64,000 nucleotides of DNA, from positions 62,001 to 126,000 of the forward strand of contig RBZT01000267.1 in NCBI GenBank assembly GCA_003693705.1, given 5' to 3'. Both the position numbers and the translations under genes were made by a program. Of this stretch, positions 50,109 to 64,000 are shown piece by piece. The notes under the pieces were generated by a model. That model searched no databases. It was not told where the DNA came from and saw only the letters and a program-made list of their open reading frames with translations. The stretch's first letter is position 1, and every line of letters begins with the position of its first letter. The stretch comes from Polymyxa betae A26-41 (lineage: Eukaryota; Protista; Endomyxa: Phytomyxea).

Positions 50109-50535
50109 TTATTGATCGGATTGTATGAGATCGGCAGCGCTACCACAATAATAAGCCGGCTTCATAACCGTCACGCCTTGATCAAATAAAGCTGCCGATA
50201 GATCATCTGTCGTCAATGTATACACCTCTTCACCGCTCTTCTTCTTCTTGAATCCGACGCCTTTCCGATGTTGACAATATCGCAACGATGTCTTGGCGAT
50301 ATCAAATACAAACCTTCAATACATGTTCGACAAACGAAATCGAAGGGATTTGTTCGAATTACTTTTGGGTGGCGAGACCGATGACCTTCAATATGGCGGG
50401 ATCTGGACAGGAAGCACCGCTCTGCTCGAGGTAGTGAGCTAGAACCGACTCGGGGATGGTCCCTTCGAAATCTTTCAGGGATTCCATCAGTTCAGAGCAT
50501 AATGAGGCCGAGTCGGCTTTGCCTGCAGAAGCCAT
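50109..50535 (-). CDS. TAF10: TFIID/SAGA subunit TAF10
   Basis: 'TIPESVLAHYLEQSG..DPAILKVIGLATQK|FVFDIA..YTLTTDDLSAAL..GVTVMKPAYY'. Confidence 0.93.
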
Positions 50536-51222
50536 CGGGATGTGAAATGAGATGTGGTCGCACTCATCTGAAAAACCGCTTTCCGCAATTTCTGACCAAG
50601 CTAATTCTGTGGCTTTTGATTTTCTCACTGACGCACAATTTCGTGACTTCAAAGTTCAGTTTTCATCAACTGGCAACGTGTTAGATCGAAAAAGTTAGGA
50701 AATCTGGGGTGGGACATATGCTTAGAGGAACTGGCTCTGAATTAAAACATCAGAAGCTGGTTCCAAATGAATGTAGAAAAGTGGGAGTCTTGGGATTGCC
50801 CCATGAGCTGTATTTGCCTTCCAACTCTGCGTGTCCATCTATTAGTTGAATGGGTATAGGCCAGGCGTGTTGCTTTTAAGATGTGATTGAATTGACAGCC
50901 GATAGGTAGCTTACTCGTTTGAGTTTGTTTTACTTGCCGTATTCCTCTAACACTTTATCAGCCCGCTTAGGGAGTATACCTCGCTACTCCAGCGCACCAA
51001 CAATTTATTAATACCAACCGGAAACGACTTTCAGAAGCTGTATTATGGCATATAAAGAAGCGATAACAGCGATAAAAGCCACACCGTTCCGTGTCTGTCG
51101 TCCAAGGCTATCAGATGGCAAACAAAAAGCGTTTGCTAAAGCGGATATCAATCTGTATCCAGAGATGAGCTGGTCCACTGACTGCTCTAGAGTCTAGACG
51201 CTAGCACAGCCTCCGCTGTGGA

Positions 51223-52291
51223 CTAGACACGATTGATGGTGACTAATGGCTCATAGTACTCTGGTGTAAGCCCCGCCAATTGACGGTCGCGAGCATTGAA
51301 CTGGGGTCGGAAGCCTTGTGGCATGTATCGACGAATCATCGAATGAAAAACCGTTATCGGATCTAACTCGTTTGCATGACAAATCTCCTTATACCATTTC
51401 GTGCCTGTCGATACATGATTCACCTATGAAAATATTCAACACGAAATGATCGCGGGCCAATGGTTTGCGTCCTACTTCATCTTGAACGATTTGGGATACG
51501 ATCTCAGCAGAGATCATATCCTGTTGTTTTTCCAGAATTTGGATGAATTTTGGGCCGGCATCTAAGCCTGCAAGGAAGCTTAGGTTTGTATAGCGATGTG
51601 ATCCATATATGGGACCTCGAGCTTCTTGCGCCATCGGTACAACCGCCAATCTGGCTAACAGATCTTCATTTGTGGCCATAACACAATCCCAAAGCGAAGA
51701 ATGTGCAGCGATATCGCCATAGCTATGGCCGAGCTGGTTTAGCCGCCTTTGGCACATTTGGAAGTGTTTACACTCATCTGATAAGATGTCGAGGAAGTCA
51801 TCGATGAAAGATCGCGGCGACTAAAGCCCAATCAATATTGATTCCGAGAGCAGGCCGGTGTTCACAAATGAACCTGAACTCGATGAGAGAAACGAATAAT
51901 CGTATCCCAATAAGTATGGACAGCTGTCATTTCAATATGTGCTATATTCAACAAGATATAAGCAGATGGCGATACATTCGAATTCTTCATTGACGGTACC
52001 TGAACAATTTCTATCAATAGTTTCCCATGAAAATTAATGAATGAATACGAGCTGAGGTTTGACAAGATTGGGCTTATCTGGCATTAGAGGAAATTCGGGC
52101 AGATCTAATGGCTCATCTTTAATTCTGATCGGCAGTTGTTCGTGACCTCGAAGACGACATGCATCAAGCGACAACCGTATCTTAATTCCATCAGCGATAT
52201 TATAGCCTGATTCTAATTGACAAAGGCTGACCTTGGTCCGCAAATCGGTCGTTGTAAACACACGCCTAGCGTATGAGACCAAGCTTGACAT
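51223..52291 (-). CDS. DUF455 ferritin-like domain protein
   Basis: 'LLNIAHIEMTA', 'DECKHF..RLNQLGHSYGDIAAHSSLW', 'ARLAVVPMAQEARGLDAGP', 'DEVNHV..G.KW', 'FNARDRQLAGL'. Confidence 0.9.
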
Positions 52292-52901
52292 CACGACGAA
52301 GAAGTAAGCTAATGACTGAACAAGCTGGCAGGGAGAAAGATCAAGGGGCACTCATGACATTGCATCGGGCTGCGCCTCCGGCCCAGCTAACTCTGTAGTC
52401 TGTATGCGATGGAGCCATCGTATTATGACAAGCTTTTTGAATAGAGGCCGCTAACCTGATAGGCTTTCAAACAAGCTTGGTGTTCTACATTCAGGCCTGG
52501 GTTGGAATTATAGTCCACAAAATTCAGGAGGAAATGAACTTTTGAAATGGAAGTATCCCAGAGCCACAACTTCTAGAGTCAGGTAGTCATCCAGGATTGT
52601 AAGTAGGTCATTGTGGATTCCGCCGATTAGGTAAACAATCTGTATATATTGGTATTCAAATAGCTGAGCCTTATCAGAAATTGGTAAGCCAATTTGTGGG
52701 AGTTTTAGCGCTGATATATCGCAGACACTTGCTCGTGCTTATCTCAATGGAGTTGCTATATCCGGGACGTCACGTTGACAAGATTCAGCAAGGAGATCTG
52801 ACTCCTCAGGAGATCAGCCTTTGAGACTCAAGTGACCAAGATACTAATAACTTCAGACAGTGACTGAATGCGACATGTTTTCATTGAGACTGCAGCCCCA
52901 C

Positions 52902-52909
52902 TATAAATA
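52902..52909 (+). promoter_or_regulatory. Candidate TATA box
   Basis: TATAAATA ~30 nt upstream of the first in-frame ATG of the SET gene. Confidence 0.3.
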
Positions 52910-52939
52910 GCGCACCTGACCGTGACCAGGGCCTACCGT

Positions 52940-54353
52940 ATGGGGTCACGTCTAGTACGCATTGGCCCGAGTTCGGCGAATCAGTGGAGGCCGATCCCCC
53001 CTGCTGGTGTGGATATTGAAGTTACTGTTGCAATCTGCCGTGCCGAAACCTTTATGGAAGCTTTGGCTACATGGGTCAGATCCAGATCTGGCTATGTCGA
53101 CCCTACATTATGTATTCAAGATCATCAACCCAGTGATCTTGCTAAGAGATACCGGGGTGTCTTCGCCGGCCCCGATGGTTTACCAGCGAACCATACCTTT
53201 CTGAGAATGCCCTACAGCGGTCTCGTTTCTGCTGATACAAGCCGGATCAATCTGCGTTTCGACGAATGGAATTGCCGATATGGTCTTACTTCTTGGGACT
53301 CTCTCATGTAATCCTGCCTAGCGACGGTCTTTAGACAGATAACCTGTTCTTAGTCTGGCGTTGATTTACGAGGACACCAACAGGCCGTCGCCCTGGGACT
53401 CCTATTTGGATTTCCTACCAAATCAGCTCGAGACGCCATTATTTTGGACAGATGACGAACGAGGCATGCTTAAAGACACAGCCGTTGAAGTTGCTCTCGG
53501 TCTGGACTCTATCGAGGCTGGATTCAGAGACCGCTTGCTGCCCGTTATGAAGAACAATCGGAATTTGTTCCGTTGCAGCGATTCCGAGTTGCACCGTCTC
53601 TACCATCGTTTTGGGGCGCTGGTGATGGCATATAGTTTCACATTAGGCGGGCCTTCTTCTGATCAATCTGATTGCGAAACGGACGACGAAGAACAGTCTG
53701 CAAGTATTGCGATGGTACCTATAGCTGATGCTCTCAATCATATCTCATTTGCCACGAACGCTATGCTGGTCCACGACGACGCCGATGGGTGCGTGTCGAT
53801 GCAAACTCTTCGAGCGATCGCCCCAAACGAGGAACTGATCAACACATATGGAGAGCTTGGCAATGACGTACTGCTAGTTCGTTATGGGTTTATCGATAAT
53901 ACTGACAATCCCTATACGAACACCCTGGTGAGGTATTCAGATTTCACCTCAACGGTTGGTCAGAAAGCGTTCCAGCGCATGACGGCTCTTGGCCATAAAC
54001 AATATGATCTGGCCAATGAATATTTCTTCCTTCGATCCCCGACCGACGATGAAGAGTTATTGGAGCAGATACCGGATTGTCTGAAAACCCTGCTTATCTG
54101 TGCCATCGCTACTGATAACGAACTATCGAGGATTATGGCAAGTAGCGATGAAATTAACCTACAGCCATATTCTGAAAAAATGCTTAAACTGCTATTTGAA
54201 GCCTTCACCAAATTACCGGAGCACAACACTGACATCTCCAAGCTGAACGATTATCCTCAAGGTTCTCGACTCTACAATATTTATAGGGTAAAGTTAGAAG
54301 CTGCCAGTATCATGGCTGCTTGGCGTAAAGCATTGGCCCACCATACACAATAA
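52940..54353 (+). CDS. SET-domain protein-lysine methyltransferase (SETD6/Rkm4/Rubisco-LSMT family); start could be ATG 53054
   Basis: 'RGVFA', 'SPWDSYLDFLP..PLFW', 'MVPIADALNH', 'EELINTYGELGNDVLLVRYGF'. One intron ~53308-53353. Confidence 0.88.
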
Positions 54354-54562
54354 TACGACCACCCATACATTTATAAAGCTTGGACTCTAGACTGATTTAA
54401 CGTCTTCTGGAACGATCTGCGAATTGGTACTTAGACATGAGATCATTATCTGATGGACTGAAAAATGGCTTTGTACTGTATCAGCACTCCAAGGTCGTCC
54501 CTCTCTATGACTGTTTCAGCGATCGGTTCGGCTGCTGAACCACGTTTCGGCGGTGATCTTAT

Positions 54563-55269
54563 ATGCCTTTGCCAATCCTGCTTCAAGCATATGTCCTCGT
54601 ACATTCATATTATTCAGCTTCGTTTATGACAGATACCAACGTCCGGTATGACCGTTGCCACCCGACGCTCCAGAAACCGCTCGAGCCCATCCCTCTGCAT
54701 CCAGGCTTTATTATCGCTGCCAAACCACAATATCCAGTTAAACCGAAAACGATCAAACCGAAACCTATTCGTCTCGTAGGTTCTGGCTGTCCAGAATTAC
54801 CGTCATCTTGTAGCTCTTTACTTTGCCAAGGTTCATATGAACATTGTTCTGCCTTCATGAGAATTCGGAAGACTCCGTTTCTGCGAGCTCATATTCTAGA
54901 AATCAAGGAAAATGATCAACCAGATACACGAAAGCGCAGCTTCGCTATGTCGACTCCAGTGGAAGTGGCGCCCATAAGAATACTACAGACAGAAAGTCCT
55001 GCCTTGCCAAAAGTCTCAAGCGATAATTCCTCTAATGAATCAGTTCCCGTCAAGAAGCCGAAACGAAGACGAGCTTTAGCTTGTGAGGTAGTGAGAAGTT
55101 TTCGATGCAACTTTCCTGGTTGCGACAAGGCCTATGGATCGGTATGTGCTGCTTGCCATCAACGCCATACTCACGATCTTACATTGTTGTATAGTCGCCA
55201 GCACTTTGTCTGCATAAAAAGCGGGCGCATGGAAGCCAAGTGCAGGATGAAAGTCAGGACGATAAGTGA
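54563..55269 (+). CDS. Single C2H2 zinc-finger protein, putative transcription factor (start uncertain)
   Basis: NLS-like KKPKRRR, then spliced 'FRCNFPGCDKAYGS|SPALCLHKKRAH'. Stop at 55269. Confidence 0.8.
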
Positions 55270-55352
55270 GAGCAAATGGCAGTAGCACACGTACAAAAAT
55301 ATTTATTAATGAATCAAAATAAATTATTGCTAATACATTCAAATGAACAATG

Positions 55353-55981
55353 TTAAAGAAATTCTGCAAACTCTTGTCGTATTTGGCTCTCTTCTTCGGG
55401 CGTGAAATCGTCCTTAATATTGAAAGTGGAGCGAATCTGCTTCGGCGTTTTGCCCAACATCAGGCTAGCAATTTTCGCACAGCACAGCTCCAGAAGGTTT
55501 TGCAGATTCAGGTAATTCGCAGCCAGTAAAACTTTGAAAGTCAGCTCTAAATTGATAGCCTCGATAAATTCAGCATCCCAGAGGCCAACGACTTCAACCA
55601 AATTCGCTGTACGAAGAGGGCGTGCTATCTCTCTGGAAGGCGTTGATGAGTGATAGACCATCCATTCAATAATGGGTTTCAGGACCGATCCTTCGATATC
55701 TTTTAAGGGGATCTGTCACAAATGTCAACAGAATGAAATGCAAGTGTCTGGGAAGATACCCACAGTTCTATTGTCCTGGTCGAGTTCAAGACAGGATTTG
55801 ATGTATTGTGACATCATTGCTACAGAACGGGCAATCGGGAATCTACACAGACGTCACCGAAGAAGCCAGTCACCAATTAGAGTCATTACTTTTCCCCGTC
55901 ATTGGACACGATCGTGATGGTCGAATCAGCCTCGTAGTCGTAGGCGAGATCGTCGAGACCGCCTTGAACCGAATCCGGCAT
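55353..55981 (-). CDS. SKP1: SKP1-family SCF subunit
   Basis: 'TITIVSNDGE', 'WDAEFI..LLAANYLNLQNLLELCCAKIASLMLGKTPKQIRSTFNIKDDFTPEEE'. Confidence 0.92.
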
Positions 55982-56831
55982 CTCTGTCTTAGATCTGTTT
56001 GTACGCAATGGAAGATGCTATAACACTCCCATAGGCTGGTCTGAGGGGGTTACGTACCATACCCTAATTGGGACTTCTATACAGGGCTTCGTTGACTGGA
56101 TCGCTGCATTTGAGAATCAAGTAGGAATCTTTCACGTCCGTTGGCAATATGTGTATTGTTTATAGTAACTCGGTTGACCAAGTACCGATAGTGTGAGTTG
56201 TATTTCAATTGTGTTCGCCACCGGTTGCTTCCAGAACGGACCAAATAACATTTTGAGAAAAAATTGGACAAACGCCTCATTAAAGAAGATGTCGATTGCT
56301 ATTGTTTTGATGCTGAAGAGGGTCTGAGTGGGTATAATAAAGGTCGAACAGCCAAGAAGCTCTCAATTCAGCATGACGCAAATGATGCTCAAACGCCAAA
56401 CAGTGGTCGATTCAGATTTCAATTAAACCGAGGTAAAACCTCCTTTACATTACGAGCGTATTGGTAGAGCAGCTCTGCACCGCATGACCGTTAACGACTG
56501 CCCCCATGGCCCCGATTTCCTGCCCCAAGATACAACCGATGACGCCACCTACTGCGCCAGTGCACGGATCGGCGTGCCATGGTCTCCTGTTTAAGGTAAC
56601 GTTACGGGGACGCCCTGTGTGTTTGGCGTTCTCCCCTATGATGAGCAGCCTGTTTCTCTTAACCTCAATGAGCATTGAACCTGTGTGACGGACTGCCGCG
56701 ATTTCTCACTGCTACGTTGTTCGTTGGTCTCTTCGATCGTCTCTGCCGGCGCCGACTCGATCTCCTGCCCGCCCTCAGGATTCCACTACCGTCTCTGATA
56801 TCGGGCCGTTTCAGATCAGGGCCGGAGAGCG

Positions 56832-58144
56832 ATGGCGTCGTTCAGCGGCGGTGGCAGCGCGAATTCGAGCGCAAACTCGAAGGGTCCTCTTATGGACGAG
56901 ACCAAGCTCGTCAAGTACAAGACTGGTACGTTTTCTGCCAACAATAATGAATGTTTGATCACATCAGAGCATTACAGTGATGTGTCAACGTATGGTTCGA
57001 GTCAACAGCTGTCGTTATGGTCATCTTTGTGATTTCGCACATGATGCTAATGAGCTTCGTCGGAACTTGAATCAGCACTGGTACCAAGGTGTTATCTGTG
57101 AAATCGCCGACCATGACGATAAGAAATGTGAGTTTGCACACAATGAGATGGAATTGATGTACCATCCGAGCGTTTACAAGACTAAGCTCTGCGACAAATA
57201 CCTTTCAGCTGGAGGATGCCCTAAAAATCAGGTCAGAGCATCTTCTGCTGCCTCTGTTCTCCTAGATTGACAGGTTTTGCAGTACTGTGCCTATGCTCAT
57301 GGAAAGACAGATCTCAGAACGCCAAAGCTGGCCGGTCAGGCAGCGAAATCAGGATGCACTAGCGGGCTTCAATCATCGCAAGCTCAATCACCTCCATCAA
57401 ACCCTAAAAGCGCAGGGCACTTTGAAAGCGTAGGTTATTCTCCAGATTAAAGTGACAAGTTTATTGAGATGTAATAGAAGCGCTCGGGATCTCGACAGCC
57501 ACCAGCTGCTCCGGAGCTGTCACCACAAGCCCATATTGGCGCTCCGCACAGACAGCAATCGTTTCCGACCTTCGCAGAAGCGGCTGGTCCTCGGGTCCCG
57601 ATTCATGGTCGGTTGCTTTCTCAACAGATTTGAATCCCTTTCTGATCTCGGTGCTCCAGTGTCACCAGCTGATCTACAGCAGGAATTTCAAGACACGACT
57701 AATGATCTGAAAATCCGAATTCTGGACCTTGTCGACCAGATCTCATCGATGCATGCCGACCGTGCAAATTATGAAAGCCACCAGAAGGCGAACCAAGTCG
57801 TTCAGGTACGAAAATACTGTCTTCTTGGGCTCCGATTTTTTGATAGTTTATAGGACGCTTATAAAGCACATCGAGAACAGACCGCAGCTCTTCAACGGCA
57901 GGTTGAGAATGCTCGACTGATGATTCAGGCGCTGCAAGGCAATCCTGCGGCACTTGCCAGGCTTTCGCCCGCTGCAGTTCAGCAGCTTTCTCGTAAAGCA
58001 TCTCAGGTTAACAGAACCGTGCTTTGGCACCCTATTTGAGCTGAACCTTTATGCTAGGCTGCCACAGCCATTGCTGCCTACAAACATTCAACCTCCAACC
58101 CGACACATAGTCTCATTCAAGATCTGTCTGAGCTAGAAATATAG
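56832..58144 (+). CDS. Unkempt-like multi-CCCH zinc-finger RNA-binding protein
   Basis: 'KYKT..CQR..CRYGHLCDFAH..ELRR', 'CEFAHNEMELMYHPSVYKTKLC..CPKNQYCAYAHG', and a C-terminal coiled coil. Confidence 0.85.
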
Positions 58145-58691
58145 TGATACTGTACAGAATTGCACTGACCATGCTTCAATATACAAATTGTCTTTGAATC
58201 CAGAGCCATTTTTATTGTGACTCGATACTGCTGTTCTCTTCAGGCTTTTCTTGAACGTCATCACCTTATGATAATGGTTGAGTGATTTTATGCCGACCCC
58301 AGCTGTGCTTGTCATTCTTTAAATTTGAATGCACCTACAGCCCATAGATTTCTAGATCTCATTTTGATTTGCACCATCTAACAGCATACTCTGTATACTG
58401 TTAGGAGTATTGCCACGCTATATTATTTGATCTCATAAAATGGGATGTATCTTTCAAGTCTCCACCCGCTTGGACCACTTTCCTACATGCGTCTGAGAAA
58501 TTTAAAGTGAAATACAATTTAAATGAATTAGTCGTTTGTAATGTTACCCGCCGCAGTTACGCATCCCATTCCCATCTACATCAGTGGGGCTTTCCAGATT
58601 CTCACTATCAGCTGTTTTCATTTATACTATATCCATACTCGTCTTGCAGCTTCGTTGTTGAGCTGTATGCTCTGGTTGTGAGCCAGTCAAC

Positions 58692-61600
58692 ATGAATTCC
58701 GATGGTATTTTTTTCAACTCATTTTCAGCTCAAACTCGCTCTTATTTCACATCGTCTTACTTCGAATGAATGCTTATTCTCCCGTCTAGTCCGAACGGAA
58801 ACCGATGCTACTTCCAATGGGACTGGTGACGAAACCCTGCTGCTGCCAGATTCAGCAGTGTCGAATTCGGCCGATGCTATGACGCCAGGCGAGGAGTTCC
58901 CGGCCCAGTTCTGGTCGTCCATCACCGTCGAACAAGCGATTGAAAACCTATTAATGCCATCGATTCGCAAGACACGAATCGAGCTCGATGAAACCAATGA
59001 CACGTTCCGTGAAACCGACGATATCGATGGCACCCTGGACTCCAAATCGTCCACTGCAATGACCAGAAAATTGAATGTCAAAAAGGATCAAATCTTTGGC
59101 TCATCTAGCAGTATTCCGTAATCCATTTTGAAACTAATCTCGGTCGTCTGTCACTGAAAACGATTTAGATTTCTTCCGGGTGGTTTCATCGCCAAGCCGA
59201 GCTCGGTCGGCAGCGCTCATCATTTCGCTGCCGACCTCGACATGATATTCGGTTATCTGGACGCTGATACAGATCTGGAAGTGGATTCGCCCTGGGCGAA
59301 ATCTGTCCTAGATATTCATCCGAATCAGCAAACTCGTGATCTGATCTCCTCGATATGCTCACAGAAAGTCGAGCCTGAAGGCCCAGAAGTTGAGTCGTCT
59401 TTACCAATGGTGGCGAACGCCCCTGAACTTCTTTCAACGCATACAAACCTGAACTCTGATCTCGAGGTTCGTCTGCTCATTTCAATATGACTGTTTTTCA
59501 ATTCTGCACTTGAATCATCAATGCTGCCTTTTTGATTGATGTCCCACTGTAGGTCCAGCTGCTGAATGAGGCCATTCGTAAGAAAGAAGAGATGAAGTCG
59601 AGACGTAACGCTGTCGAGAAAGAAGTCAGCGAAATCCTGCCGAAAGAGAGCAGCGCTGTCCTATCGATGGCTTCGATTTTCGGTCCGGGAAACCTCGAAG
59701 ACCATCTCCTGCCGCCGGAGACCGAGCACATCCCCAACGTAGATCAATCTCAGTCTCCCGGGCCCGACCAGAAACTGGCGGCCGGTACGGCTTGGCTCGT
59801 TGTGGAGCAGCTATATTTGATGTTTTACGATAGCTGCGGGAGAAGAAGTCGATCAGCTGCTGCCAACCGATAACGACGCCAAGCAGACCGCTAAACGATT
59901 CGCATTCGATGAGAAACTAAAACCGAAGACCGATATCAACTTCAAAGAGATCATCAAAGAGATGGCCATCGAGTATCCATTCGAGCTGGATTCGTTCCAA
60001 CAGCAGGCGATTCTTCATCTTGAGAAAGGAGAGGTAACATTACATCAAGCATTTTCGATCGCCATTCACATTGAATGTTACAGAGTGTCTTCGTGGCAGC
60101 TCACACCAGCGCCGGTACGACGAACTCTACCATTTTTTTTATATTTTAATCTGCTGAAAGGCAAGACGGTCGTAGCCGAATATGCTATTGCGTTGTGCAC
60201 CAAGCACATGACGAAAGCGATCTACACGTCGCCTATTAAGACGCTTTCTAATCAGAAATTTCGAGAGTTCAAGAAGACATTCGGCGAGGTCGGCCTGATC
60301 ACTGTAAGCCATCTGCTATCTGATATCGTCATGTCTGGATGAAACATAACACGACATCATAGGGTGATGTTCAGATCAATCCTGACGCGTCGTGCCTGAT
60401 TGTCACTACCGAGATTCTGCGTTCAATGCTTTATAAAGGCGCTGACGTGATTCGTGATATCGAATGGTACGTCTCTGTTCATTGTTATCACAACTGGGCT
60501 TATCGTCCTGAAGGTGTATCTTTGATGAAGTCCATTATCTAAATGATCCTGAGCGAGGTGCGCCTTTGGGTCATCGTGTTGCTCTTTGTGAGACTTTATA
60601 TAGGTGTGGTCTGGGAGGAGGTCATTATTATGCTTCCCGCGCACGTCAACGTACAGCTTAGTGACGACACGGTTTGCTGCTGTACTGACCTGTTTTTCAG
60701 GTCATTTTGTTGTCGGCCACAGTTCCCAACCCTCTCGAGTATGTCGGCAATCAGTGTCCTGCGAGCACGACCATCTGATTCATATTCTGCAGGTTTGCTC
60801 AATGGGTTGGAAGAACGAAAAGGAAACCGATTTACGTCATTTCGACGACGCAACGGTTTGCGGCATGATTGTATATCTGTGATCGGTTGTGTTGATCGCG
60901 TGAACGATTGACAGGCCTGTTCCGTTACAGCATTATCTATGGTGCAATAACAAAATGTACAATATTCTTGATGCCGAGTCGAACTTCGTATCGGGCGGTT
61001 TCAAACTGGCTCAAGACGAATTATCAAGGAAGGCCAAGATGCAGTTGCAATCTGGACGTAACGGTCCGGTGCGTGCCGGCTCCCTGAAAGCATTTTGGCC
61101 TCGACATACTGACGATTGCGCTACAGAACAAAGCGACACCGCAGACAGGCAACTGGGTCGCTCTGCTGAAGGAGTTGAAGAAGAACAAGCAGTTGCCTGT
61201 CGTGGTGTTCTCGTTCTCGAAGAAGACCTGCGAGCTCGCCGCAGGGGGATTATTATCGCAGGTCTGCTCTATCACGGCGATATCCAGATATTCACGTTGC
61301 TGAATGACCCCGATTTAGGACCTTACCGATTCTGCCGAGAAATCCGAGATTCGCATCCTTTGTGATACTTCACTGAAGCGGCTGCCGGAATGTGACCGGG
61401 CTCTGCCTCAAATTATGAGGTCTGATGATGCCCTCAATCCTTGCCATTCATCTTCATTAAACTGCTGTATAGAGTGAAGGGAATGCTCTCGAGGGGTATC
61501 GGGGTCCATCATTCCGGTCTACTTCCCGTCGTCAAAGAACTCGTCGAAATGGCCTTCGCCAAAGGCGTCGTCAAGATCCTGTTCGCCACTGAGACCTTTG

Positions 61601-63806
61601 CCATGGGTGTTAACAGTACGTCGTACTGGACCACACCCGCATCCGCTCTGTTTGCTGATCCAGGCATACAGTGCCCACCAAGACCGTCGTCTTCAATGGT
61701 CTTCGCAAACACGACGGGTCCGATTTCCGTGATTTGCGCCCTGGTGAGTACACACAGATGGCCGGACGTGCTGGCCGCCGTGGTCTCGACTTGTTCGGCA
61801 ACGTGGTCATCAACTGTGGGGATGGGAAGATCCCAGATCAGCAAACTGTGAAAAATATGATTCTAGGAGAGCCAACCGCTTTACAGAGTAAATTCAGACT
61901 CACGTTCTCCATGATACTGAACTTGTTACGGGTTGAAGAACTACAAGTTGAGGTTGGATAGTTTCTTTGCTGAAGCTCTCGTGTACTGATCTGGGGCGCT
62001 GTCCTTGCTCAGGATATGATTAAACGGTCATTCTGCGAATTTTACACACAGCAGAACGAATCGCGAAACATGTCGCAAATTTCACAGGGTCAGAAGGCCT
62101 CTGCTCTAACAGCAATGTGGCTAATGAAATCTGTAGATGAACGAACTCTGCAATCGTTACCTCCCATCGATTGCATTTATGGGGAGCCGCAACTCATTGA
62201 ACAATATTACGAGCTGTCTCATCAGCGTCAACAGTTCGCGCTTCATTTTTTTGTGAATCATGCTTCGAGTTAATGGATAACGCAGACGTCATACCGAAAT
62301 TATACAATGGATTATGCAGTCACCATCATGTGATCATTTCCTGAAACCGGGAAGGTGATCGAAATATTTCGTGTTCTAATCTGTTCTATTTTTTATTGAC
62401 CTTATTGACAGGGTCTTGATTGTATCAGTTCATAACGTGGTCAAGGTACTAAAAATCATTTCAAGATGCGTCATTGTAATGTTAGTATGCAGGCTGTGGG
62501 CATCGTGATATCAGCTCAAAGAACAACTCGTGGCAAATTCTTCAAGGCGTTCTTATTATGTCCTCAGGGATGGACTCCAACCGGTCAAATGCAGAAATCA
62601 CGAACAGCTTTCTGTAATTCTCTATGCTTATCTCATCGATGTATTCACTTTTTGCAGCTTCGTCGTTATTTTGGGGTACGAGTCGTACTGGAATCCCATA
62701 CCTCATCGCCGGCATTCGCCCATCAAATATTCACATGATCTGTGCGGAGACTATTCGAGTTGACGAACATGAAATCTTGATTGAACAGCGTGCTGTTGAT
62801 ATTCAGAGGGCGCTTGATCAACTGCAAACGATCGATATCAATACCGTCCAGGAACTGCACCCGAGTCGTGATATGAAGATTAGAGACATCGATCTCGTCT
62901 CGAAGGTGATAAATCTCGAGAATTTATCGCCTTTGGATGCTTCAAAATGTCATGCGTGCCCGAAACTTGACGAGCATGTATGGACGTCTAAGCTGTTTTT
63001 TATCCATAGAATAACGTTTGGCTCTAGTTCGCTCAGATCAAGGAAGCCAAGATTATCGCTCATCGCCTTGATCAATTACGATTCCTCGTATCAAATGATA
63101 ACGTCGAACTGATTGGCAATATGAAGGAGCGAATTGCGGTTCTGCAGCGTCTGAACTATGTTGATAGTGATCGGGCCTTGCTTCTCAAAGGTCGCGTTGC
63201 TTGTGAAGTAAGCAAACATGCTACATGGTAAAGATTGGGGTTTCTCACCTTTTCATAGATTAACACCTGCGATTGTCTAATTGTTACTGAGCTGATATTC
63301 GAGAACGTCTTGTCGGATATCGAGCCTTTCAAAGCTGCTGCCTTGTTATCGTGTCTCATCTTTCAGGGCAAAACCGATGATGCTCCTAATGTCGAAGATC
63401 GGTTGGTGAAGGTATTGTAACATGTTTTTTCCTTCCCTGTCATTGAGCCTGTATTTTCTAGTTGAAAGATCGTATGATCGAAATAGCAACCAGCTTGGGA
63501 AATCTCCAACTTGAATGTGGAATGGATGTAACTGCCAAGTCGTACATTGAAGCAAATTGCAATTTTGGCCTAATTGAGGTTGTATACGAGTGGGCTAAAG
63601 GCACATCGTTCGCCGAAATTTGCGATATCACGAATGTTGATGAAGGTCTCATTGTTCGATGCATTGTCCGACTTGTTGAAGTGTGCCGCGACGTTCGTAA
63701 TGCGGCTCGTGTCATTGGCGACCCCAAATTGTTCCAGTTGATGGATCGTGCTGCAGCGGCTATCAGAAGGGATATTGTGTTCGCAGCCAGTCTGTATGTT
63801 ACATGA
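58692..63806 (+). CDS. SKI2: SKI2-type DExH RNA helicase (cytoplasmic exosome cofactor); start uncertain
   Basis: Ski2 N-terminal 'GSSSSIPFLPGG', 'YPFELDSFQ', '[14 protein letters not shown]', 'FDEVHY', '[11 protein letters not shown]', '[10 protein letters not shown]', C-terminal '[12 protein letters not shown]'. Confidence 0.96.
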
Positions 63807-64000
63807 TCAAACATTGTCGATATTGGATCTCTATCTATCCGATCACACATAGTGATTTATCAGGTTCCCTAAGAAAAGTTGACAGATAAAATTTTACTTC
63901 ATATCGAAATATCGGTTATGAGCAGTTGGAGAACCATTTTGGAGCACTGTCCCCAGATTTATGGTTGTAGTTGAAGCTGAGCTCCTCACCGCATTTGATA

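Overview
This is eukaryotic nuclear DNA from a compact, gene-dense protist genome (roughly 45% GC by eye). It has many short (~40-60 nt) spliceosomal introns, short intergenic spacers, the standard genetic code and flagellar-type genes. A phytomyxid/plasmodiophorid-like rhizarian is my guess, but that is inference only. About 29 protein-coding genes can be reconstructed across introns. Recognisable housekeeping genes: IMPDH, RPB6, HSF, Beclin-1/ATG6, an SDR epimerase, an OSCA/TMEM63 channel, a UBE3A-type HECT ligase, LONRF, TAF10, DUF455, SETD6-like, SKP1, Unkempt-like and SKI2. The unusual content is: a tandem pair of bacterial-type YbjN-domain genes (one with an intron); a ~14 kb gene for a giant helical-repeat + multi-ASH/Ig-like-domain protein; an atypical small GTPase-PH fusion; a Shg1/BOD1-Tudor fusion; an ENO4-like pseudo-enolase; two secreted effector-like proteins (14-Cys; CBM67-like lectin); a probable box C/D snoRNA cluster; and a decayed Mutator (MULE) transposase. 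No rRNA, tRNA or CRISPR array was seen. Exon boundaries were read by eye, some 5' ends are uncertain, and family calls rest on recalled motifs rather than database searches.
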